Source: Nitrospirota bacterium (GTDB lineage Bacteria; Nitrospirota; Thermodesulfovibrionia; Thermodesulfovibrionales; Dissulfurispiraceae). Taken from it: a stretch of 14,956 nt of DNA. The notes beneath the pieces are model-generated. The model saw only the letters and a program-made list of their open reading frames with translations, was not told the DNA's origin and ran no database searches. Location of the stretch: contig JBFMCP010000054.1 in assembly GCA_040754455.1 (NCBI GenBank), positions 1 to 14,956 of the forward strand. The letters run 5' to 3'. The position numbers and the translations under genes were made by a program. Numbering within the stretch: the first letter of the stretch is position 1; every line of letters starts with the position of its first letter. This document shows, piece by piece, positions 1-7,950 of this stretch.

Positions 1-34
1 TGTGCCTTACCATGATAATGTCCTCTCCTGCCAT
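1..34 (-). CDS. Transposase N-terminus (partial, MAGEDIIMVRH...)
   Basis: ATG at 34 with GGAGGG RBS at 42-47, just inside the IS end. The frame is open to the window edge. Only 11 codons are visible, so the call rests on context. Confidence 0.7.
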   Translation of the reverse strand, partial: MAGEDIIMVRH

Positions 35-125
35 ACTGTTTCCCTCCATTACTTTGCAGTATGACATCCCTCCTATAGGACATTTCTATTTTGGTCATAT
101 AGGACATTATCATTTTGGCGTGACA
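1..125 (-). mobile_element. Left end (IRL and transposase start) of an IS1202/ISNCY-like insertion sequence, running off the window
   Basis: The minus strand from 125 reads TGTCACGCCAAAATGATAATGTCC. There are two 21-bp subterminal repeats at a 24-bp period (74-94 tataggacatttctattttgg, 98-118 tataggacattatcattttgg). 78-95 is an exact 18-nt inverted match to 14863-14880. An RBS and ATG follow. Confidence 0.85.
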
Positions 126-142
126 TACGCCTCAACCTTTCT

Positions 143-1672
143 CTATTTCAGCTGCTCGAGGGTTTTTATGAGCGCCTCCGCCTTCTTCAGGGTCTCATAG
201 TACTCTCTTTCAGGATCGGAGTCGGCGACGATTCCCGCCCCTGCCTGGACATAGGCGCGGCCTTTCTTGATCACGAAGGTCCTGATAATGATATTCAGAT
301 CCATGGAGCCGGAAAAACCTACATATCCGAGCGAGCCGGTATAGGCTCCCCGTGTCACCGGTTCCAGCTCATCGATGATCTCCATACAGCGCACCTTCGG
401 CACTCCGGTAATGGTGCCTCCGGGGAAGGTTGCCCTGATAACATCGAAGCAGGTCTTGTCCGCTCTCAGGAGGCTCTTTACATTCGAGACAATATGGATG
501 ACGTGCGAATAATCTTCGGTGATCATCAGCTCGTCCACGGCCACGCTGCCGTATTCCGAGATCCTGCCGATATCGTTCCGCTCAAGATCGATGAGCATGA
601 TATGCTCGGCCCGCTCCTTTTCATTCAGCAAGAGTTCCGCACGCAGCACCTCATCCTCGCTCCTGTTCTTGCCCCGCGGTCGTGTACCAGCAATCGGTCT
701 TGTTTCAATGGTCCTGTCTTTCACCCGGACCAGCCGTTCCGGCGATGAGCTCACGATCTGGTAATCCCCGAAATCGACAAAGGCGGCGAAGGGTGAAGGG
801 TTGATCCTCCGCAGCACCTTGTAGATATCCCAGGGATCGCTCTCCCCGATAGGGGCCGAAATCCGCTGCGAAAGGTTCGCCTGGAATATATCCCCCGCTG
901 CAATATACTCTTTTGCCCGTCTTACCATGTCCATGTAGCGCTCTTTCGTCATCTCATACTGAAGCGGCGGCGAGGGGCAAGAGGCACGAGGCAAGTGAGC
1001 AGTTTCAGAAATGGTTTCTTTTGGCTCCTGTCCTTTCATTGTTGCCGCTATTCCCTCGATCAGCGCTGTTGCTTCGTCATAAGGTTCGGCCCAGTCGATA
1101 TCCTTAATATCCCGGAATCCCAGTTCGGTATGCCGCACTCCGGGGGAGACTATTATCCACGCCCGTTTCTCTAGGTGGTCAAAGGCAACTACCCTGTCGA
1201 CCATCATGAAATGGGCATCGGGAAGCTGCAGGTCATCAACGGCGTTGCGGGGAATATCCTCAATGTAGCGGACAAAGTCATAGCTCAGCATGCCGATGGC
1301 GCCGCCCTGAAAAGGAGGGAGCCCCGGCGCCATTTCCTGGGGACAGGCGGCGACAAGCTCTTTCAGGCGTTCCAACGGGTGCCTGAAGGAGAGGGCCTCT
1401 TTTTTTGTCCACGGCGCCTGTACCTTCAGCTCGCCGTCTTTGGCGCTCAGCACAAGGTAGGGCTCGAAGGCGATAAAGGAATAATGGGCTATCTTGTGGG
1501 GACCTCTTACACTCTCGAGGAGCATGGAATACGGTGAGTTCCTGTTGCCGCGCCTGCATAACTTCTCGTAAACACTATGCGGCTCAGCATAGGGCGTTTC
1601 CCTGTAGAGCGGCGGTACACGTCCCTTCTTCGCCTTCTCAATAAATGCACTCTTTGTTATATTTACATTCAT
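143..1672 (-). CDS. pabB: Chorismate-binding MST enzyme: aminodeoxychorismate synthase component I (PabB-like) or anthranilate synthase component I family
   Basis: 509 aa with LLES, GDIFQANLS, NPSPF, SSPERL, RPIAGTRPRG, EHIMLIDLERND, FPGGTITGVPK and QAGAGIVADS. DLERND and FPGGTIT favour a Bacillus-type PabB over TrpE. Confidence 0.7.
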   Translation of the reverse strand: MNVNITKSAFIEKAKKGRVPPLYRETPYAEPHSVYEKLCRRGNRNSPYSMLLESVRGPHKIAHYSFIAFEPYLVLSAKDGELKVQAPWTKKEALSFRHPLERLKELVAACPQEMAPGLPPFQGGAIGMLSYDFVRYIEDIPRNAVDDLQLPDAHFMMVDRVVAFDHLEKRAWIIVSPGVRHTELGFRDIKDIDWAEPYDEATALIEGIAATMKGQEPKETISETAHLPRASCPSPPLQYEMTKERYMDMVRRAKEYIAAGDIFQANLSQRISAPIGESDPWDIYKVLRRINPSPFAAFVDFGDYQIVSSSPERLVRVKDRTIETRPIAGTRPRGKNRSEDEVLRAELLLNEKERAEHIMLIDLERNDIGRISEYGSVAVDELMITEDYSHVIHIVSNVKSLLRADKTCFDVIRATFPGGTITGVPKVRCMEIIDELEPVTRGAYTGSLGYVGFSGSMDLNIIIRTFVIKKGRAYVQAGAGIVADSDPEREYYETLKKAEALIKTLEQLK

Positions 1673-1740
1673 ATTCCGTTATGATGGGAGTGGAACAATC
1701 CGGGCTTCAGTATATGGGTGCTCTCAGCCGTTCAAGGAAT

Positions 1741-2460
1741 TTACGCGGTAAGTATTTCGAGAGAAATAAGCTCCAGCGCCTTTATCGGATCCTCATGCGT
1801 CAGAATACCCCTGCCCATGACGATGTAGTCTGCACCCTGCCGCAACGCCTCTTTCGGTGTTGCCGTCCGCCTCTGGTCGTCAGGGGGAACCCAGGAGGGC
1901 CTGATTCCGGGGGTGACAACCAGAAAGTCATCGCCGCAGTGCTGTTTTATCATCGAGGTCTCATGGGGTGAGGCAACGACACCGTCGAGTCCTGCTTTGA
2001 GCGCAAGGAGCGCAAGATGTTTAACGTGGGTCTTCAGGCTGTGCTGCACTCCCAGCTCGTTCTTCAGTATCTCAGTATCCAGGCTGGTGAGCGCGGTGAC
2101 GCCGATGATCTTCGGCCTCTGGAGGTTCTCCTTCAGGCAGAGCTCCACAACAGCATCCTTGCACTTTTTCATCATGGTGAGGCCGCCGGAGGCATGGACA
2201 TTGAACATATAAACACCCAGACGGGCAGCGGCAAGTGCCGCCTTCGATACCGTATTGGGGATATCATGGAATTTCAGATCAAGGAAGACCTTCTTCCCCC
2301 TGCCCTGAATCTTTTCGACGATGCCAGGACCTGCGCTCACAAAAAGCTCAAAGCCCACCTTGAATACCGCGGCATCATCGCCGAGCCGGTCAACAATATC
2401 GATGGCCTGCTGCGCATCCGACACATCAAGGGCGATAATGAGTTTCTCTTTCCATTGCAT
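1741..2460 (-). CDS. pyrF: Orotidine-5'-phosphate decarboxylase
   Basis: LIIALD, FKVG, FLDLKFHDIPNTV catalytic motif, VTPGIRP, DDQRR, GADYIVMGR. Confidence 0.97.
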   Translation of the reverse strand: MQWKEKLIIALDVSDAQQAIDIVDRLGDDAAVFKVGFELFVSAGPGIVEKIQGRGKKVFLDLKFHDIPNTVSKAALAAARLGVYMFNVHASGGLTMMKKCKDAVVELCLKENLQRPKIIGVTALTSLDTEILKNELGVQHSLKTHVKHLALLALKAGLDGVVASPHETSMIKQHCGDDFLVVTPGIRPSWVPPDDQRRTATPKEALRQGADYIVMGRGILTHEDPIKALELISLEILTA

Positions 2461-2461
2461 G

Positions 2462-3091
2462 CTATAACCTCGGCAGCGTTATACCCTGCGGGGCGTGACC
2501 AGAAATATAGCAATTATAAACAATTTGCGACCAGGTTTCCAACAAATCAAAATACTCTTTCAGCTTATCCTTTGTTACCCATTGGCCCGACATCTTCTCT
2601 TTCTCCAGTATTTCACACTGCGAGGATGATGCCTCGCATACATAGAGCAATCCGAGGTGGACTTTACTGACACTCGTGCTTTCGTCATTTATTACTCCTA
2701 TAAAGCTTAAGCAGTAGGGGTCGGTCAGTTCTATCTCTTCATTGAGCTCCTTATATAATCCGTCGATTATCGGATTATTCTCGGACTGACCTGAAATCGG
2801 CGGATTAACATGCCCGCCGATTCCCAGCGAGTATTTGCCGTGCAGTCTGCTCTCGGTCTGTTTCGCCGTTCTTTTCAGAAGAAGATACCGGTCGCCATGA
2901 CGGACGATCACATAGGGAATTACCTGTTTATATTCAAAATTATACTCTGCTGTATCCCTCGGGATGAATATGTAATGCTCCAATATCTCGGCAACTATGT
3001 GATCTCTGGATTCTGCTAAAAAACACTGCCCCTTTTGCTCCAGGTAAGGCTCCAAATAGGTATGATGAACAACAAGGACCTTCTCTGACAC
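2462..3091 (-). CDS. NUDIX-superfamily predicted phosphoesterase (COG4112-like)
   Basis: Motifs AE..YKQVIPY, ESRLHGKYSLGIGGHVN, KELNEE, GVINDE and VHLG. The start is uncertain: GTG 3091 (GGAGG at 3105-3109) or ATG 3112. The stop lies 1 nt from the pyrF ATG. Confidence 0.8.
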   Translation of the reverse strand: MSEKVLVVHHTYLEPYLEQKGQCFLAESRDHIVAEILEHYIFIPRDTAEYNFEYKQVIPYVIVRHGDRYLLLKRTAKQTESRLHGKYSLGIGGHVNPPISGQSENNPIIDGLYKELNEEIELTDPYCLSFIGVINDESTSVSKVHLGLLYVCEASSSQCEILEKEKMSGQWVTKDKLKEYFDLLETWSQIVYNCYISGHAPQGITLPRL

Positions 3092-3134
3092 CGGGTGGTA
3101 ACGTCCTCCCATAGTTTCTTTAAAAAAACGACAG

Positions 3135-3785
3135 TTAAACAACCTTTTTTACGAAGATCTCCTTGGCCAGCTCGGTGTCTATGGCGATCGTCGTCTCGTC
3201 GATCTGCAGAACCACGGAGGGCCGCCGCTGAACGAGCCGGATCACCGATCCGGGAATGATTCCGATGGAGCTCAAGCGCCCGATCCGCGCCGCTTCGGAA
3301 GGGGTAATGAAGACGATCTTTCCCTTCTGTCCCACCTCAAACTCGGTCAATCTCACCACAACAGGCTGTACGTCAAGCTTATACTTTTTGCAGCACTCTC
3401 CCCTGGGAATCGGTTTGCCATGAGGGCATGTGGGCGGATGACCGAGAAACGTGCAAACGTTATCGGTAAGCTCTTCGCTCAAAATATGCTCCATCATGCA
3501 GGCATCTTCCTCAACCTTTTCCGATGAGAGGTCAAAGACGTCGGTGAAGAGCCGCTCGGCCAGACGATGTCGCCTGATCAGACCTTTTGCGCGCCGGGCA
3601 CCCTCGTCGGTGAGCTTTACGCTGTAGTCCTGAACAACCATCAATCCATCCCGGACCAGTGCCGCCATCAGCTCTTCGTTGTTCGGGTCATCGGAGCTCA
3701 GAGTGAACCGTTTCAGATCAGTATAGCCCTCCTCGCAAAGCACCCATAAGAGTTCCAGCGCCTCGTCGATTCTCTCCTTTTCCAC
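3135..3785 (-). CDS. DtxR/MntR-family metal-dependent regulator with C-terminal FeoA (SH3-like) domain
   Basis: LTDEG..RRHRLAERLF, ACMMEH, LGHPPTCPHGKPIP, and a C-terminal RLSSIGIIPGSVI FeoA motif. GTG start with GGAGG. Confidence 0.9.
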   Translation of the reverse strand: MEKERIDEALELLWVLCEEGYTDLKRFTLSSDDPNNEELMAALVRDGLMVVQDYSVKLTDEGARRAKGLIRRHRLAERLFTDVFDLSSEKVEEDACMMEHILSEELTDNVCTFLGHPPTCPHGKPIPRGECCKKYKLDVQPVVVRLTEFEVGQKGKIVFITPSEAARIGRLSSIGIIPGSVIRLVQRRPSVVLQIDETTIAIDTELAKEIFVKKVV

Positions 3786-3820
3786 TATCCCTCCCCAAAA
3801 ACCAGTAAAAAATAAAATTT

Positions 3821-3855
3821 CATTTCCTATTTCCCACTTCTTACTTCCTGCTTTT
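3821..3855. repeat. Degenerate heptamer tandem repeat (5 units)
   Basis: catttcc tatttcc cacttct tacttcc tgctttt in the gap between rnhB and the DtxR-family gene. Confidence 0.65.
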
Positions 3856-4550
3856 TAGTTTTCCTCAAACAGCAATGCAGGCGGCAGCACATTTTGAAAG
3901 CTCTTTCTGTGTATCGGACAGGGGCCATATTCTCTTAATTTATCGAGATGCGCTCTGGTTCCGTATCCCTTGTGCCGGTCAAATCCATACTGTGGGTAGA
4001 TCAGATGATACCTGTTCATAATTCTGTCTCTGATGACCTTGGCGAGTATGGAGGCAGCAGCAATGGAAGCGCTCTTTGCATCGCCTTTGACGAGGGCTCT
4101 CTGCCGTAGAGAAATGGCAGGGATGTGCACCGCATCGACCAGAACGAGGTCGGAGGGGTGCGACAGATCGAGAACAGCCCGGTGCATTGCCTGCCTCGTC
4201 GCTTGTAAAATGTTGATACGGTCGATCTCCTCTGCGCCGACCACACCGATGCCGAAATCAACCGCATTGTCCAGGATATTCCAGAAGAGCTGCTCACGCT
4301 CACGCTTGGGGATTCTCTTTGAATCCCTGACCCCCGCGATACGTACATCAATCGGCAGAATCACCGCTGCGGCAACCACAGGACCTGCCAGCGGACCTCT
4401 CCCCGCTTCATCCACCCCTGCGATAAAGGAGAACCCTCCCTCTCTCCGCAGTGATGCATCATAGGCAAACGGATCCTCTGAGCAATCCTTTTCCACATTC
4501 TCCAGGGGAGCGCACCAGAGAGCTGCAGGGCATATGCTCTTCTCGTGCAT
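3855..4550 (-). CDS. rnhB: Ribonuclease HII
   Basis: GVDEAGRGPLAGPV, DSK, VLVDA, KGD..S.SIAAASILAKV.RD, HKGYGT, HRKSF. It follows rplS as usual. The exact start is uncertain. Confidence 0.96.
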   Translation of the reverse strand: MHEKSICPAALWCAPLENVEKDCSEDPFAYDASLRREGGFSFIAGVDEAGRGPLAGPVVAAAVILPIDVRIAGVRDSKRIPKREREQLFWNILDNAVDFGIGVVGAEEIDRINILQATRQAMHRAVLDLSHPSDLVLVDAVHIPAISLRQRALVKGDAKSASIAAASILAKVIRDRIMNRYHLIYPQYGFDRHKGYGTRAHLDKLREYGPCPIHRKSFQNVLPPALLFEEN

Positions 4551-4562
4551 AGGACGGGTACG

Positions 4563-4913
4563 CTACTTGATTTCCCGCTCCTTCTCCTTGATCTTTGCCT
4601 CTTTACCTTTCTTTCCTCTCAGGTAATAGAGTTTCGCCCTCCGGACACTGCCCTTCTTCAGCATCTCGATTCTGTCAATGGAAGGTGAATGGACGGGGAA
4701 TATTCTCTCCACACCGACGCCGAAGGATATTTTCCGCACCATAAAGGTCTCCCTGATGCCGCTTCCCTTCCGTGCAATGACAACACCCTCGAAAGGCTGG
4801 AGCCTTTCCTTGTCTCCCTCTACAACCTTGACGTATATCCTTACGGTGTCGCCGATGTTGAAATCGGTAACCTCTTTTCTAAAGCCTTCCTCGATGGTCT
4901 TTATCGTATTCAC
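4563..4913 (-). CDS. rplS: 50S ribosomal protein L19
   Basis: [41 protein letters not shown] start with GGAGG. Confidence 0.98.
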   Translation of the reverse strand: MNTIKTIEEGFRKEVTDFNIGDTVRIYVKVVEGDKERLQPFEGVVIARKGSGIRETFMVRKISFGVGVERIFPVHSPSIDRIEMLKKGSVRRAKLYYLRGKKGKEAKIKEKEREIK

Positions 4914-4946
4914 TTTTTCCTCCCGAATGATTATCGTCTGGTATCG

Positions 4947-5681
4947 TTATGAGCAAAGCTCCTTTAATATCCTCTTGTCCTCTTCACTTAACCGAGCATG
5001 TTCCAGAAGATCCGGCCTGCTCTGCAATGTCCTCCGGAGCGCCTCTTTTCTCCTGAACCGGGCAATTTCTTTGTGGTTGCCTGAAAGCAGCACCTCGGGC
5101 ACCCTCATGCCCCGAAATTCAGGGGGCCTCGTATAATGGGGATAGTCAAGAATTCCCCAGGTAAAAGACTCTTCATGGGCAGATGCTTCATCTCCCAGGA
5201 CCCCGGGGATGAGGCGGACAATGCTGTCTATTATAACCAAAGCCGGCAATTCTCCACCAGTCAGCACATAATCCCCTATGGACAGCTCTTCATCGACAAG
5301 GGAGTGCCTGACGCGCTCGTCGACGCCCTCGTAGCGGCCGCAGATGAACAGTATCCTCCTGTGCTCCCTCGCAAATGTCTCAGCAACCCGCTGATCATAC
5401 TTTTTCCCCTGCGGGCTGAGCAGCACCGTCAACCGCTCGACTCCATCGTCCTTTATCGCCTGTACGGTATTGTAGAGGGGCTCGATCTTCATCACCATCC
5501 CGGAACCGCCGCCATAGGGATAGTCATCGACGGTCCGGTGTTTGTCCGTCGTGAAGTCCCGGGGGTTGTATACCTTTACATCAAACAGCTCTTTCTGGAG
5601 CGCCCTTTTGAGAATACTCTCGCCCAGGTAGGCATGAATGATCTCAGGAAAAATCGTGATGACATCAAATCCAATGTTCAT
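4947..5681 (-). CDS. trmD: tRNA (guanine37-N1)-methyltransferase
   Basis: [54 protein letters not shown]. Confidence 0.98.
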   Translation of the reverse strand: MNIGFDVITIFPEIIHAYLGESILKRALQKELFDVKVYNPRDFTTDKHRTVDDYPYGGGSGMVMKIEPLYNTVQAIKDDGVERLTVLLSPQGKKYDQRVAETFAREHRRILFICGRYEGVDERVRHSLVDEELSIGDYVLTGGELPALVIIDSIVRLIPGVLGDEASAHEESFTWGILDYPHYTRPPEFRGMRVPEVLLSGNHKEIARFRRKEALRRTLQSRPDLLEHARLSEEDKRILKELCS

Positions 5682-5693
5682 TGCCCACCCACA

Positions 5694-5803
5694 TCAGAAG
5701 TCAGGAGCCAGGATCCAGCCGAAGCGACTCTTCGCGTAGACCCGCTTCGGGAATTCAGAATAAAAAAATACTCTGTTCTTCTGTCCCCTGGCTTCTGAAT
5801 TCT
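5694..5803. repeat. Intergenic nested inverted-repeat element built from CAG-containing heptamers
   Basis: cagaagt caggagc caggatc (5695-5715) is imperfectly complementary to about 5779-5798. Inner stem 5719-5731 / 5738-5750 matches at 11 of 13 positions. gaattcagaa (5751-5760) is the reverse complement of ttctgaattc (5793-5802). Confidence 0.6.
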
Positions 5804-5804
5804 T

Positions 5805-5841
5805 ATTTAACAAGAAGGGGCGTTTTTATGAACGCCCCTTC
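5805..5841 (-). terminator. Probable intrinsic terminator after rpsP and the KH gene
   Basis: Perfect 11-bp stem gaaggggcgtt (5814-5824) / aacgccccttc (5831-5841) with a 6-nt loop, followed on the minus strand by a weak U/A-rich tail (ttgttaaat). Confidence 0.65.
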
Positions 5842-5864
5842 ACAACGACTCTATGAACCGTCGG

Positions 5865-6095
5865 TTACTCTAATATCTCAAGCACGCAACGCTTCCCTAT
5901 CTTCGTCCCTGCTGCCCCCAGAATCGTCCTCATGGCCCGTGCGGTCTTTCCCTGTTTCCCTATGACTTTTCCGAGATCACTCTGTGACACCCTCAGCTCG
6001 TAGACCGTGGTCTTTTCCCCGTCAATCTCGCTCACCCGCACCTCTTCAGGTTTGTCAACCAGCGATTTCGCCATCGTCTCGATCAGTTCCTTCAT
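5865..6095 (-). CDS. khpA: KH-domain RNA-binding protein (KhpA/YlqC)
   Basis: 76 aa with LVDKPEEV and [18 protein letters not shown]. It sits in the canonical position after rpsP, with a GGAGG RBS. Confidence 0.95.
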   Translation of the reverse strand: MKELIETMAKSLVDKPEEVRVSEIDGEKTTVYELRVSQSDLGKVIGKQGKTARAMRTILGAAGTKIGKRCVLEILE

Positions 6096-6154
6096 AGTTC
6101 CACCTCCGTTTGGTTTGACCCCGAAAACGTCGCTGTTTCTGGGGGGAGTCCGGG

Positions 6155-6391
6155 TTACATGCCGGCTTTCTGCAGCAGTTTCTTGACCGTATCAGTAGGT
6201 TGTGCACCAAGCCCAATCCAATGCCGAGCGCGATCGAGATTGACCTTTATCTCGGATGGCTCTTTCTTAGGGTCGTAGGTACCTAACACTTCTACAAAGG
6301 GGCCGTCTCTCCGTGCCCTCGAGTCCGCGACTATGATTCTATAAAAGGGTTTCTTGTGAGCTCCCATCCGTGTTAATCTGATTTTTACCAA
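6155..6391 (-). CDS. rpsP: 30S ribosomal protein S16
   Basis: [43 protein letters not shown] start with AGGAGGTG RBS. Confidence 0.98.
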   Translation of the reverse strand: MVKIRLTRMGAHKKPFYRIIVADSRARRDGPFVEVLGTYDPKKEPSEIKVNLDRARHWIGLGAQPTDTVKKLLQKAGM

Positions 6392-6495
6392 GTCCTCACC
6401 TCCTAATGTATTAGGGACCGTCGTCCCGCAGCATCACGTGTCTATCCCGTATGCACCTCTCCAAAGGGGCGAAACCCCTTATGGGAAAACCTTAA

Positions 6496-6525
6496 AGTGT
6501 ACTATATTCAAGTGTTTTTCTGCAA
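6496..6525 (-). promoter_or_regulatory. Putative sigma70 promoter for rpsP
   Basis: Minus strand TTGCAG-N18-TACACT, about 105 nt upstream of the rpsP start. Confidence 0.4.
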
Positions 6526-6536
6526 GGGGCACTCCC

Positions 6537-7859
6537 TCAGAAGGGCAACCCCTTCGGGAAACGGAACCCTTTCTTCCCTTTAAACATCTTCAGCATTTTT
6601 TTCATTTCGAGGTACTGCTTGACAAGCCTGTTCACATCTGCCGTCGTCGTGCCGCTCCCCATGGCAATCCTCTTCCGCCTGCTGCCGTTCAGGAGGCCGT
6701 GGTCGCGCCGTTCGGCGGGCGTCATAGAATTAATGATCGCCTCTATCTTCACGAATTCCTTTTCGTCAACCTTGACGTCCTTCATTGCTTTTCCCATCCC
6801 GGGAATCATAGTGAGCAGGTTTTCGAGCGGTCCCATGCTCCGCAGCTTTTTCAGCTGGTCTCTCAGATCCTCAAAAGAAAAGCTCTCTTCGAGAATCTTT
6901 TTCTGGAGCTTCTCGGCCTCCTTTTGATCAAAGTTCTGCTGGGCCTGTTCGATGAGCGTCAGCACATCCCCCATGCCCAAAATCCTGCTGGCGATCCTGT
7001 CCGGATAAAAGGGCTCGAGCATGTCGATCTTCTCACCGGTACCGATGAACTTGATCGGCCGTTCGGTAACCTTCCTTATGGAGAGCGCAGCACCGCCCCG
7101 CGCATCGCCGTCCATCTTGGTAAGAATAATGCCGTCGATGCCGATCTGCTCATTGAAGCTCTTGGCCATGTTGACCGCGTCCTGACCGGTCATCGCATCG
7201 GCGACAAGGAGCACCTCTTTCGGGTTGACCGCTGCTTTGATCCGTTTCAGCTGGTCCATCAATTCCTCATTGATGTGCAGCCGCCCTGCGGTATCGATGA
7301 TGAGAACATCCCTCCCGTCGAACCGTGCCTTTTTGACAGCCTCCTCGCTGAGTGCGACAGGGTCCTTGGCCTCTTTTGAGTGGAAGACCGGAATATCCAG
7401 TTGCTTGCCGAGGGTGATCAACTGATCAATAGCTGCAGGCCTCTGGAGGTCGGCGGCAACGAGCATCGGTCTCCGGCCTTCCTTCTTGAAGAGCCGGGCG
7501 AGCTTTGCCGTGGTTGTAGTCTTTCCTGAACCCTGCAGGCCGATCATCATGATAATGGTAGGGGGATTGGGCGCAAGTTGGATCCTGGTATTCTCCGTCC
7601 CCAGAAGGGCGCAGAGTTCGTCATGGACGATCTTTACCACCTGTTGCCCCGGTGAGAGGCTCTCGAGCACCTCTTTCCCGACAGCACGCTCCCTGACATG
7701 CTGCACAAAGTCTTTGACGACCTTGAAGTTTACATCAGCCTCGAGCAGGGCAAGCCGTATCTCCTTAAGGGCGACATCAACGTCCTCCTCTTTCAGCAGG
7801 CCCCTGCCCTTGAGTTTCTTGAATATGGAATCGAGTTTATCGGAAAGTGATTCAAACAT
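6537..7859 (-). CDS. ffh: Signal recognition particle protein Ffh
   Basis: ALLEADVN, GLQGSGKTTT, DTAGR, DAMTGQDA, TKMDGDARGGAALS, RILGMGD, and M-domain IINSMT..ER and SRRKRIAMGSG. Confidence 0.99.
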   Translation of the reverse strand: MFESLSDKLDSIFKKLKGRGLLKEEDVDVALKEIRLALLEADVNFKVVKDFVQHVRERAVGKEVLESLSPGQQVVKIVHDELCALLGTENTRIQLAPNPPTIIMMIGLQGSGKTTTTAKLARLFKKEGRRPMLVAADLQRPAAIDQLITLGKQLDIPVFHSKEAKDPVALSEEAVKKARFDGRDVLIIDTAGRLHINEELMDQLKRIKAAVNPKEVLLVADAMTGQDAVNMAKSFNEQIGIDGIILTKMDGDARGGAALSIRKVTERPIKFIGTGEKIDMLEPFYPDRIASRILGMGDVLTLIEQAQQNFDQKEAEKLQKKILEESFSFEDLRDQLKKLRSMGPLENLLTMIPGMGKAMKDVKVDEKEFVKIEAIINSMTPAERRDHGLLNGSRRKRIAMGSGTTTADVNRLVKQYLEMKKMLKMFKGKKGFRFPKGLPF

Positions 7860-7950
7860 GCTTCACAACCTCGTTACTCATAGTTATTTATTGTTATTTG
7901 TAATTACTAAGTTAAGTTCTCAATTAATCATTTCACTATAAATAACATTT

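Noticed and set aside
74..118. Tandem 21-bp repeats as a CRISPR array or iterons
   Set aside because: There are only two units with a 3-bp gap, they end at a TGT terminus, and they match the other IS end. They are transposon end repeats.
12..200. 62-aa plus-strand ORF
   Set aside because: It runs across the IS terminal repeats and antisense into the pabB-like gene. Its repeated GHFYFG/GHYHFG merely translates the DNA repeats.
6453..6463. 11-bp exact match (gcacctctcca) to the tRNA 5' junction at 13584-13594, as a second att site
   Set aside because: It is short and was found post hoc. It lies between the conserved neighbours ffh and rpsP, and on the wrong side of the tRNA to bound the integrase element.
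6438..7379. Long antisense ORFs (313 aa here; also 2017-2670, 5136-5798, 9104-9841, 12059-12667, 13653-14150)
   Set aside because: They are shadows of well-supported genes on the opposite strand and contain no recognisable motifs.
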